Source: a virus
Taxonomy: Duplodnaviria > Caudoviricetes
IMG/VR virus record: IMGVR_UViG_3300042320_001544
Location: 1 to 57,705 of that record
Length of the DNA stretch: 57,705 nucleotides
Reading direction: 5' to 3' (one strand)
A model generated the notes under the pieces. The model worked only from the letters and a program-made list of their open reading frames with translations. It had not been told where the DNA came from and searched no databases. How positions within the stretch are numbered: position 1 is the stretch's first letter; each line of letters starts with the position of its first letter. Position numbers and translations under genes: made by a program. Below are positions 36,580 through 44,486 of this stretch, one piece after another.

Positions 36580-37101
36580 TTATTCAAGAATTCGAATGAC
36601 CTCCAGCACATTTTTGCGGATGCGGGGTTTTTCAAAAGTTCCCTCACCATCGCGCGATGCGCGGGCATTGGTGTTAAAGCCAATGGCATCAAACGGCCCG
36701 GTGGTGGTGCCGTCGTCGTTGGTGCAAAGTTCAATGTGGCTGTAATCAAAAATGATGATGTCGCCGGTTTTCAGAATGCAATTCTTCGGCAGGATCCGCA
36801 GCTTGCGCCGGCGCGCCCACTTGCTCCACTCCCTCACGGCCGCACTCTTGCAGCGCCACGTTTCGGCGGCGGCCGGCGTCAATTTCAGGGCTGCTAGCAC
36901 GTCCGGCCGTTTGAGCCATTCCCTCATGCAGTACGCGACCCCGGCGGCGCAATACGGCTCGCGATTGGTCATCCCTTCCGGGTAACTCGTGGCTTCCCAC
37001 AGCTTCGCAATCCACGGGGCGCGATTTTTTGTCACCTCGACTTTGTCTTTATCCAAGCGGGCGATCTCAATCAGCGCGAGACGTAACGGGTAAGTGCTCA
37101 T
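36580..37101 (-). CDS. Endolysin, CHAP/NlpC-P60-like cysteine peptidase
   Basis: PYCAAGV...GDIIIFDYSHIE...GFNTN (Cys-His dyad). Confidence 0.75.
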   Translation of the reverse strand: MSTYPLRLALIEIARLDKDKVEVTKNRAPWIAKLWEATSYPEGMTNREPYCAAGVAYCMREWLKRPDVLAALKLTPAAAETWRCKSAAVREWSKWARRRKLRILPKNCILKTGDIIIFDYSHIELCTNDDGTTTGPFDAIGFNTNARASRDGEGTFEKPRIRKNVLEVIRILE

Positions 37102-37475
37102 GCAACAATGTCTGGCACCGGCGGCAGGTTGATGATGCGCTGCCAGACCCCCACGCCTTCCGCAGCGAGGGACACCAATTCCTTGGTGATGTCGCCTGAC
37201 CGGTGAGGAAAACCCAGCTCAACCATCAACGCGGCAATCTGTTCGCCCACTTGCTCCGCCTCGGCATCAGTGAGGTTGAGCAATTCGGCCGGCACGTCGG
37301 CGATGCCTTCGAGCGCTTCTTTGATCACGGGCCATTCTCTGGCGAGGCTGAACAGTTCAAAAATGCTGATCTTTTTATCGGCCGCGATGTCGCGGCCTCG
37401 CAGGATCAACACGGCAATGGCAGCAATGAACTGCTGGGTCTGGATGATGGAACGGGTGTTAATGCTCATGGTCAT
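37098..37475 (-). CDS. Hypothetical protein in the lysis cassette
   Basis: 125 aa, overlaps both neighbours. Confidence 0.65.
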   Translation of the reverse strand: MTMSINTRSIIQTQQFIAAIAVLILRGRDIAADKKISIFELFSLAREWPVIKEALEGIADVPAELLNLTDAEAEQVGEQIAALMVELGFPHRSGDITKELVSLAAEGVGVWQRIINLPPVPDIVA

Positions 37476-38007
37476 GGGGGTGGTTGGGTAGATGACGCTC
37501 AGCCGCGTCGAGAATTTTTTGGGCGTAGCGATGCTCGCGGATCTCCAACAACCTCACCACACCGTGGATGACGGCAAACGACACAATCGAGGCTACCCCG
37601 CCGCCGAAAAACAACATGATCGGGTGCGTCAGGACCGCCGCCGTTTGCGGCAGGAGCAGGCTGGCAGCCACATTGAGCACGGCCCCAAAAAACAGCGCCA
37701 TCATGCCGCGGCCCACTAGGATGTTCATCGGTTCTCTCCGTAGCCGAAAAATAATCATGGGGATCATCGTGCAGGCCGCCCCCATGAGCGGGAGTGCTAA
37801 CACCCGCAGCTCAGTGATTTCGCCACTGGCCGCTTCCTCCGCGAGGACCATTCCACCTGGAGCAATGATGCTCAGGCCCAAAAAGATCATGAGAGAATCA
37901 ATGACGGCAATGAATCGGTGAGGCATAGGGGGCGAGGTGTGAGGTGAGGAGGAATGACACGCTTGGGAGCGCACGGTTTCGGGACAGGACAGGTTTAGAC
38001 TTTTCAT
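37459..38007 (-). CDS. Holin-like multi-pass membrane protein
   Basis: About four hydrophobic helices, charged C-terminus, upstream of the endolysin; alternative start 37926. Confidence 0.6.
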   Translation of the reverse strand: MKSLNLSCPETVRSQACHSSSPHTSPPMPHRFIAVIDSLMIFLGLSIIAPGGMVLAEEAASGEITELRVLALPLMGAACTMIPMIIFRLRREPMNILVGRGMMALFFGAVLNVAASLLLPQTAAVLTHPIMLFFGGGVASIVSFAVIHGVVRLLEIREHRYAQKILDAAERHLPNHPHDHEH

Positions 38008-38020
38008 GGGGTGGCGTCAA

Positions 38021-38407
38021 TTATTGCGGTGGCGTCGCTAACAGCACTTGGGTGGCGTTGTTGTCTTTGACAATCTCGACCGCTGCTGCCTCAGCCGTGG
38101 CTTTCTGGGAAGTCGCCGCTGCGTTGGTGTCGATCACCTGTTTGGTCACCTCTTGAGCCTCAGTTGCAGCAGCAGAAAATCCGCTGGTAGCGACGGCTGC
38201 GACTGCGAGCGCCCCGTCGCGAAACGATTTTTCGCCATTCCAGAAAAAGCCCTCCCCCCATTTGCCTGCAAACTTACCACCGAGGCCGTAGGCTTGCTTT
38301 CTTTCGGTAATGGTGTTGTCCGTCAGGTTCCTCACCGTCTCTTCCTTCATGCCCATGCAGGAAACCAAGGCGAAACTTAAAAACAGCGTCAGCAAATGCA
38401 ATCTCAT
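38021..38407 (-). CDS. Lipoprotein (possible spanin component)
   Basis: Signal peptide with lipobox LVSC. Confidence 0.65.
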   Translation of the reverse strand: MRLHLLTLFLSFALVSCMGMKEETVRNLTDNTITERKQAYGLGGKFAGKWGEGFFWNGEKSFRDGALAVAAVATSGFSAAATEAQEVTKQVIDTNAAATSQKATAEAAAVEIVKDNNATQVLLATPPQ

Positions 38408-38547
38408 GGCTTCGGGTTCCCTTCTGTGTCAAACATGGTAGCCACAAAAGAGTTCATGGCGGCGTCAAACGGGTCCGGTAATTTGGGGCCGGTTGACGTG
38501 CAAGCGGGCAGACTCAGCAGGATAACAACAAGGAATGGGACTTTCAT
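38404..38547 (-). CDS. Small lipoprotein
   Basis: MKVPFLVVILLSLPAC lipobox; ATGA overlap with the next gene. Confidence 0.6.
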   Translation of the reverse strand: MKVPFLVVILLSLPACTSTGPKLPDPFDAAMNSFVATMFDTEGNPKP

Positions 38548-38722
38548 GGTTGTGAATTTTGATGAGCGTTTTGTTCCATCCACCATTTTTCAACGATGCT
38601 TGGAACATGGCCGTTTGGGTTGGTTTGCCTCAAGCCGATGATCAGGCTGCATGAAGTAAGACTCAGCGATAGCGCGAGTGCCATAAGCAAGAGCGTGAAT
38701 TCGATTCTGAGGAGTGTTTTCA

Positions 38723-39124
38723 TCAGGTGGGTGGCAAAGGAAGCAGACCCTCGGCCTCCATCTGCTCGCAGGTCTTGGCCATACTTTTGAACAAAGGAGG
38801 GAAAGCGTCGTAAACAACAAGCCTTTGCCCACGTTTTTCATGGATAAAAGCTGCAAGCTTTTCATTGGTGTCATCTGGCAGATGTCCAGAAGCAATCCAC
38901 GGTTGAAGCACCGCTGCTATGCCTCCTAATTCAGCTTGAGGATGAACAATGATTGAAAAATCAGCCTTAACTTCAAGCCAACGGGTTCCGTGAGAATCGT
39001 CGATCCACTCGAACATCAAATGAGTGTCTTCAGCCTTTTGAAGAGACGAAGGGCGAGAAAGTTGCCACAAGCCTTTGCTTAACTCTTCCGCAGCAGACGC
39101 AGGAATGTAATAGATGGCGCTCAT
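38723..39124 (-). CDS. Hypothetical protein, possible chaperone/partner of the upstream lectin-like protein
   Basis: ATGA-coupled to 39121..39993 and shares its lower GC. Confidence 0.6.
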   Translation of the reverse strand: MSAIYYIPASAAEELSKGLWQLSRPSSLQKAEDTHLMFEWIDDSHGTRWLEVKADFSIIVHPQAELGGIAAVLQPWIASGHLPDDTNEKLAAFIHEKRGQRLVVYDAFPPLFKSMAKTCEQMEAEGLLPLPPT

Positions 39125-39993
39125 GCAAAGCGAGCTAGTTGGTTGGTTACAAAGGAACTCCATCCAGGCAGGCTTGTTGGGTCCATGTTAAAAACAATCA
39201 CTTCTAAAATGGCGTTACCTGCTCCAGCAAGATAAACAGTTGAATTTGAAATAGTTCTTCCAATTCTTCCGCCTGACATCCCTAGTTGAGTGTTACCTGC
39301 GTTTCCTGTAGTTAAAAGAGTTCCGTTGCGATAATGCTTCGATGAGGTTCCATTAGCCAAAAATCCTAGGGCGTAAACGCCACTTGTAACGTCTCCCAAG
39401 GTTCCGTTTAACGCAGTTCCCCAATTGGATTGTAAGGTTGAGCTTGATATTCTAACGTAACGGTTTGAAGCTGTTGAGAAGTCTCCAATAAGGGTTCTTA
39501 TTGCACCCTCGTATTCATATTTTGCGACAATCGAAAAGAAAACAGGAAGCACTAAGGTTCCAAGGTTTAAGCTAAATCCAACCCCTGATTGAGCCACTCC
39601 GTTTCCCCACCCGCCTTTGGCGTTCATTACAGTAGAGAATGGCATTCTGGAAGCTGCGCTTGATTGAGTGGCGTTTCTGCCTCCAAGTTGTCCATACCAT
39701 GTCACACCAAAAGCTTCATTGCCTCCGTCTTGTGTGGCAATCGCTGACGCTGCTGCTAGGTCAATTTGTCCGTTTGATAGATACCCGATGTCAGCCTCGG
39801 GACTTCCTGTGCCGTTACCTTGAAGTCTAGCAATTGGTCCGGTGTGGCTAGATACCAAACGATATTGAGAGGCCGCATAAAGGCAGGTTGCGCCTTGGGA
39901 AACTAATTCGTCTAACGGAGGAACAAACGGCGCAGCAGCGCCGCCACTCGGTCGAGCGAATGACAAGCCTAGAGATAGTCCGAGGGCAGGCAT
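39121..39993 (-). CDS. Virion protein with a concanavalin A/LamG-like (arabinofuranosidase-B-like) domain; candidate receptor-binding protein
   Basis: MPALGLSLGL start; YAASQYRL.SS.TGP..RL...E.DIG..SNG.ID...VTWYGQ.G.RNATQ; YRNGTL...G.IG...I.EVIVFN. Confidence 0.65.
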   Translation of the reverse strand: MPALGLSLGLSFARPSGGAAAPFVPPLDELVSQGATCLYAASQYRLVSSHTGPIARLQGNGTGSPEADIGYLSNGQIDLAAASAIATQDGGNEAFGVTWYGQLGGRNATQSSAASRMPFSTVMNAKGGWGNGVAQSGVGFSLNLGTLVLPVFFSIVAKYEYEGAIRTLIGDFSTASNRYVRISSSTLQSNWGTALNGTLGDVTSGVYALGFLANGTSSKHYRNGTLLTTGNAGNTQLGMSGGRIGRTISNSTVYLAGAGNAILEVIVFNMDPTSLPGWSSFVTNQLARFA

Positions 39994-39996
39994 CGG

Positions 39997-40275
39997 TTAG
40001 GCGCGATTTGGAACTTTGTGGTAGCAGCGGATGTGACCGCTGGCGAGTTGGCCCGCGTGGAAGTAACCGTAAAGGATGTCACCGGCGGGATAGGTTGCGC
40101 CGGCGGTGACCACTCCAGTGGAAGGGTTGGCTCCCTTGATCAACCCGTTCCCTTGCAGGTTCGAAAACACCGCGGCCGTCACAATCTGGATGGCCGCGAT
40201 GTTTTTGCCTGCAAAGGCGTTTGTATCTGCCACCTCGAAAAACCCGAGGCTGCCGTCAGTGAGTGAGACTTTCAT
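39997..40275 (-). CDS. Small beta-rich minor virion protein
   Basis: T.PAG..LYG.F....L.SG...CY pattern. Confidence 0.6.
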   Translation of the reverse strand: MKVSLTDGSLGFFEVADTNAFAGKNIAAIQIVTAAVFSNLQGNGLIKGANPSTGVVTAGATYPAGDILYGYFHAGQLASGHIRCYHKVPNRA

Positions 40276-40304
40276 CGTGTTTGAGGTGGCGGGTTAGGGG
40301 TCAA

Positions 40305-40775
40305 TTAGACAGCGGCAATGGTGCAAACGTGTTTGCTCACCACGGACCATTTCAGGTTCACGGCTTCGAGTTCGAGCGATGCACCCGCAAACGCGCCAAA
40401 CGTGGCGGTGTCCTTGGCTCCACCGGTTACACCGTCATCGAGATTATCGGTCGAGGTGATCACATGGGCAAAGGCCGTTTGATTGATGATGCGTAGGCGG
40501 GTTCCCGCTTGGGCAGCAGTCGGAGCAGCCAGCGTGAATGCGCCGGCGCTGCCTGTTTTAGCCAAAAGGACCGTGCCGCTTTGAATGGCAATGGCTCCAT
40601 CAGCCGTGTAAGTGGTCTGCTCTCCATTGGCCCGCTGAACCGCCAGCAGAAGATTTGGACCTGTGACCCGGCGGCGCTCGACCTTGGGAGCGCGCTCGAT
40701 GTCGGTCACTGGAAAATTGATGGCGCGGATGATTTCCGCAGGGGTGACACTCGGGAGCTTTTCGATGGCTTTCAT
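40305..40775 (-). CDS. Putative head decoration/minor structural protein
   Basis: A.TLAAPTA...G..L.I....A.AH.IT...TATF....GAS..L.A....W. Confidence 0.6.
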   Translation of the reverse strand: MKAIEKLPSVTPAEIIRAINFPVTDIERAPKVERRRVTGPNLLLAVQRANGEQTTYTADGAIAIQSGTVLLAKTGSAGAFTLAAPTAAQAGTRLRIINQTAFAHVITSTDNLDDGVTGGAKDTATFGAFAGASLELEAVNLKWSVVSKHVCTIAAV

Positions 40776-40845
40776 GGCGTTGTTTTTTCAGTATTGGGGA
40801 TTTGTAACGACTGCCATTTGTAAACCCTCGGCGGGTGGGTGTCAA

Positions 40846-41169
40846 TTATTCGTCATCGGACTCCGGTGGCAGGCCGGCGTCCCTCCGTTTTTGGATCCTT
40901 TCCATTTGGACCAATCGCTGCGCCTCGGCTTGTCGATACACCTCCACGGTGTCCGCAAGGTGCGATCTCATCTTTGTGGCCAGCAGCCATTTTTCCTTGG
41001 CGACCAAACACTGCACGGGATCGGTGGCGGCCGTCAGGTTTTCCGCCATTTCCGTCACCAGCGCATCAAACCACTCCTTCAAAATGAAGTCCTGAAAATC
41101 GGAGTCGGCTAGCAGCTTCCGATAGTGCGCTTCCCGGCGCTGGTTCCGTTGGGCAAGCTGTTCGATCAT
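40846..41169 (-). CDS. Helical protein coupled to the portal gene
   Basis: 107 aa; ATGA overlap with the portal stop. Confidence 0.65.
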   Translation of the reverse strand: MIEQLAQRNQRREAHYRKLLADSDFQDFILKEWFDALVTEMAENLTAATDPVQCLVAKEKWLLATKMRSHLADTVEVYRQAEAQRLVQMERIQKRRDAGLPPESDDE

Positions 41170-43328
41170 GCCAAAGCTGAGGTGGAAGGTCCGGGATCCG
41201 CGCCGGCCATCACGGGAGCGACAGGCTCTGCATTGCGTGATCCCAACAGTTTCTCAGGGTTCTTTTCGCCCAAGTCGCGCAGCAGTCCGGCATAGGTGTC
41301 CCAGGCGTTTCCACGCACCTCGGGGGGTAGCGACAGCCAGTCTTTAAAAATGCGCAGCACCTCGTTCGACCGCTGGATGCGCTGGGTCGGGCTGCTCGCA
41401 TTTGACACATACACGCGGATCACGTTTTTGAGCTTTTTGGCGTTCGACCTTGCCCAGTCTTGAATGGCCTGTGCCCGTTGCAATCCAGTCAAGGGCTCGG
41501 GCATTAAAGCGGGGTCTGGCATCGGCTGAGGTTGCATCTCCGGCGGAGGCATTGCTTGCGCATCCACGACTTGGGGCAGCGCGCGCGCTTGGATGGTCTG
41601 CGCTTCGAGCAAATTTGCAATGCGCGGAAGATCCAGCGCCCCGTGTAGTTCGGCCTCGGCAAACGCGACAATCGCGGCGTTCATGCCCTTGCCGAGTTCG
41701 CCCTGCCGTTCGCGCAACGACGTGCTCTTTTGGGCATCCATGATTTGAATGGCCCCAAGCGTATCCGCCCCTACGCTGCCTTGGGTTGCATCAGCAGGGT
41801 TCCCAAGCCCTACTTCCATTTCCAACTTCTGCTCCATGTTTTGGAGCGCCGTCTCGATTTCCATGGTCTGCGCCGGCACGGTGACCACGCTTACCACGTC
41901 CTCGGGCCGGAAGCCGGAGGCGGTCTGGATTGTCTCCATCGTCCGAAATTGAATCGGCTTGCCCGCTTTGGCATTGAGCGAGGCTTGCCGGTTTTCGATC
42001 AGCAGGTTTCCGCTGCGCTGCAATTCCAACTCCAACCGGCACCAGCATTTATCGACGAACAAATTTTTGTCGGCGTACTTCTCAAAATAGCCCTGCCCAT
42101 ACCACCGATCCTCGAGCGGAAAAATGCGCGTCGGCTCGCCAAACGGGTGGGTGCGGGTGGTCCACGTCAGAATCTGCGAAGCCGGCCCGTAGTAGATCGG
42201 GTAGTTCAAGTCGAGATCGACGCAGAGGGCCATGTCTTCATAGCGCCCATTGCCGCGCACGTCGTATTTGAAATAAATCTCCGCGTACGTCCGCTCTTTG
42301 TAGGCTTTCTGGTCAGCGTCGGCCTGCACATCGGTCTTTTCTCCGCGGCCTTTGATGGCGCGCTGCACCTCGGTGCCTTGCTCACTCTGCCCGGAGTCCT
42401 GCACGGCTTGCAGGTAAGCCAGCACCGCCGGCGTGTCGCGGATGCTCGCAGGGATGGTGTCCACCATGTCCATGTAGGGCAGAGCGAACAGGTGCGCTTT
42501 GAGTTCGGCCGCATCAATGCTGGTCGCCGTGGGAGGGATCACGAGATCCGCCCAATGAGGGAAGGCGAAGTCAGCGCCCACGGTCTGGGCGATGATGGCC
42601 GGAAGCTCAATTTCAGCGTCGGATAGCATGGCGGCCGTGCGGACGTTCGCCGGCAGTGTCACCCGTGGATCCCGCACCAGGTATTGCACGGCGGGGTTGT
42701 TGGGGTCCGCCTGCCAGCGGTCCACGCTGGTGATCAGTTCGCCCCGTGAATCGCGCTGCGGTCCATCGGTGCCCATGAGCACCCTGACCTTCTGCTGCAC
42801 GCGGGTGCGGCTGATCTTTCGCACGATCTTCGGGACACATTCCCCGCGAATCAGAGCCGTCTTCACCGCCATCTTGCAGCGCTCCAACAGGTCTTGGCTC
42901 GTGGCCGCCGATTGCAACACGCGCTCCACATCCTCCAAAATTTCGCCGGCATCCTCGGGCCCTTCGGGTGAGATCCCGAAAAATTTCTCGCCGGCCAGCA
43001 TGTCATCGACGATCCGCGATTTGTGCTGCTCGATGAACATCCCGATCTTGCCCAGCGACAAATTCACTTTGGCGAACAACGAGCCTGGCACCGCACGGTG
43101 GGAAAAATCGCTCTCAAACATGCGGGTGTAACTGTTCCGTTTCCACAGCCACGAGTTCTTTTCATAACCGACAAGCCCGCCGGTCGCCCAGCCCATTTCC
43201 TGCCTCCAGAACCTCATGCGCTGGATGGCATAGAGCACCATTTCCTGCTCCTCCTCGCCGTTGAGTTGCAACGAGGTCGGCGGAAACAACACCTTCGGGG
43301 CGGAGTGGGGGGAGTCGTCGGAGATCAT
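41166..43328 (-). CDS. Portal protein (podovirus/P22-like)
   Basis: 720 aa; ALIRG....K, D.VIPP.A.SI..A, P...RWYGQG..E, T.G.IQI, Pro/Gln-rich C-terminal insert. Confidence 0.75.
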   Translation of the reverse strand: MISDDSPHSAPKVLFPPTSLQLNGEEEQEMVLYAIQRMRFWRQEMGWATGGLVGYEKNSWLWKRNSYTRMFESDFSHRAVPGSLFAKVNLSLGKIGMFIEQHKSRIVDDMLAGEKFFGISPEGPEDAGEILEDVERVLQSAATSQDLLERCKMAVKTALIRGECVPKIVRKISRTRVQQKVRVLMGTDGPQRDSRGELITSVDRWQADPNNPAVQYLVRDPRVTLPANVRTAAMLSDAEIELPAIIAQTVGADFAFPHWADLVIPPTATSIDAAELKAHLFALPYMDMVDTIPASIRDTPAVLAYLQAVQDSGQSEQGTEVQRAIKGRGEKTDVQADADQKAYKERTYAEIYFKYDVRGNGRYEDMALCVDLDLNYPIYYGPASQILTWTTRTHPFGEPTRIFPLEDRWYGQGYFEKYADKNLFVDKCWCRLELELQRSGNLLIENRQASLNAKAGKPIQFRTMETIQTASGFRPEDVVSVVTVPAQTMEIETALQNMEQKLEMEVGLGNPADATQGSVGADTLGAIQIMDAQKSTSLRERQGELGKGMNAAIVAFAEAELHGALDLPRIANLLEAQTIQARALPQVVDAQAMPPPEMQPQPMPDPALMPEPLTGLQRAQAIQDWARSNAKKLKNVIRVYVSNASSPTQRIQRSNEVLRIFKDWLSLPPEVRGNAWDTYAGLLRDLGEKNPEKLLGSRNAEPVAPVMAGADPGPSTSALA

Positions 43329-43435
43329 GGCGGCACGGGGGCGGGGGGTGGAACAGGCGCGGGCTTCGGCGCTTGGGTGATTGAGTTTCGAGGGCTCTCA
43401 AACTCAGCCATGGGGTCGCAAAGGGGCATTTCCAT
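43325..43435 (-). CDS. Possible 36-aa Pro-rich peptide between ssb and portal
   Basis: MEMPLCDPMAEF...PVPP; ATGA overlap with the portal start. Confidence 0.3.
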   Translation of the reverse strand: MEMPLCDPMAEFESPRNSITQAPKPAPVPPPAPVPP

Positions 43436-43440
43436 GAGGA

Positions 43441-43905
43441 TTAAAATGGAATGTCGTCGTCTTCTAGCCCGTCGGTGATCGGGCCGTCGGGGTCGGGCAG
43501 GGTGCGAGAGGATTCCGCCGTCTCGCGGGCTTCAGGCCGGCGCGCGCGGTCAGGGGGTTCCTCGGGGGCGGATCGGGTCTTAGACTCTCCGCAAAACTCA
43601 AAGCGGTCAATCATCACCAGCGTCTTGCGTCGCTTCTTTTCCGTCGCTTTGTCGATCCACTCTTCAATGGCCAGCTCACCTTGAATCAAAATGGGGGAGC
43701 CCTTTCGAAAATGCTTTTCAATGCTCTCCGCCGTCTTGCGCCAAGCGCGGCAATCGACGAAACAAACCTTTTCCTGCTTCTCACCGGCGTCATTGAACCA
43801 AACCTTGTTCACGGCCAGCCCAATTTCCAGCACGGGCACACCCTTGGCCGTAAATGCCAGTTCGAGATCGCGAGTGATGTTGCCTTTGAGTATGACCAAG
43901 TTCAT
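43441..43905 (-). CDS. ssb: Single-stranded DNA-binding protein
   Basis: MNLVILKGNITRDLEL...FVDC.AW.KTAE...KGSPILIQGEL...DDDIPF. Confidence 0.96.
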   Translation of the reverse strand: MNLVILKGNITRDLELAFTAKGVPVLEIGLAVNKVWFNDAGEKQEKVCFVDCRAWRKTAESIEKHFRKGSPILIQGELAIEEWIDKATEKKRRKTLVMIDRFEFCGESKTRSAPEEPPDRARRPEARETAESSRTLPDPDGPITDGLEDDDIPF

Positions 43906-43944
43906 CGGCTCCACCTTCCCACCCCTCCGCGCTTTTGGCAAGCG

Positions 43945-44272
43945 CAGGAATTGACTCCGACCCGAGGGTAAATCGATTTACCCCTTCACCCTTTTTGATT
44001 TATTTTTTAGGTACTTCGTACTCTCTCTCTTCCTCTATCTCCCCCCGAATTGTTCACCAACAATTCAGAATATCGGGCTCTTTGTTCGCGAATTGTTCGC
44101 TCTTTGTTTATGGGTTGGCGATGAGCAAACCAAAGGCATTTGGAACAATCTACGAGGTGACAAATGCGCTAAAATATGCGCCAGCAATGCGCCAGTGTTT
44201 GGCGCAAACGTGAACAAATCCCCGGAATTGTTTTGATTCCGGCGTGCTTTGTTCGGTATTGTTTCCCATTGT
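43945..44272. promoter_or_regulatory. Largest non-coding region, with palindromes and TTGTT repeats (regulatory or origin candidate)
   Basis: Perfect 18-bp palindrome at 43966-43983, inverted repeat at 44047-44066, T-rich tract, many ttgtt/aacaa units. Confidence 0.5.
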
Positions 44273-44482
44273 TTACCGACCGCGCACGCCGTCGAATTGC
44301 GCATCGGGATCCAGCGCGTTGGCCTTGGATTTGGCGCGATTCATCCACCAGCCTTCGCTCTTGCCTTGGTTCCAAGGCAAGAGCCGTTCGGGCACCACAT
44401 GCGCCAGGATAAACAAAATCACGGCCGCACCGACTGCGGCGCGCGCGCTCCATTCAACCACCGTCCAAAGTTGAGCTTTCAT
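44273..44482 (-). CDS. Small membrane protein
   Basis: 69 aa with one TM helix, directly downstream of the giant gene. Confidence 0.55.
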   Translation of the reverse strand: MKAQLWTVVEWSARAAVGAAVILFILAHVVPERLLPWNQGKSEGWWMNRAKSKANALDPDAQFDGVRGR

Positions 44483-44486
44483 GGGT

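Noticed and set aside
44047-44100. LexA box of the TGTTC-N4-GAACA type
   Set aside because: Only TGTTC half-sites without the required spacing; host lineage cannot be assigned from this
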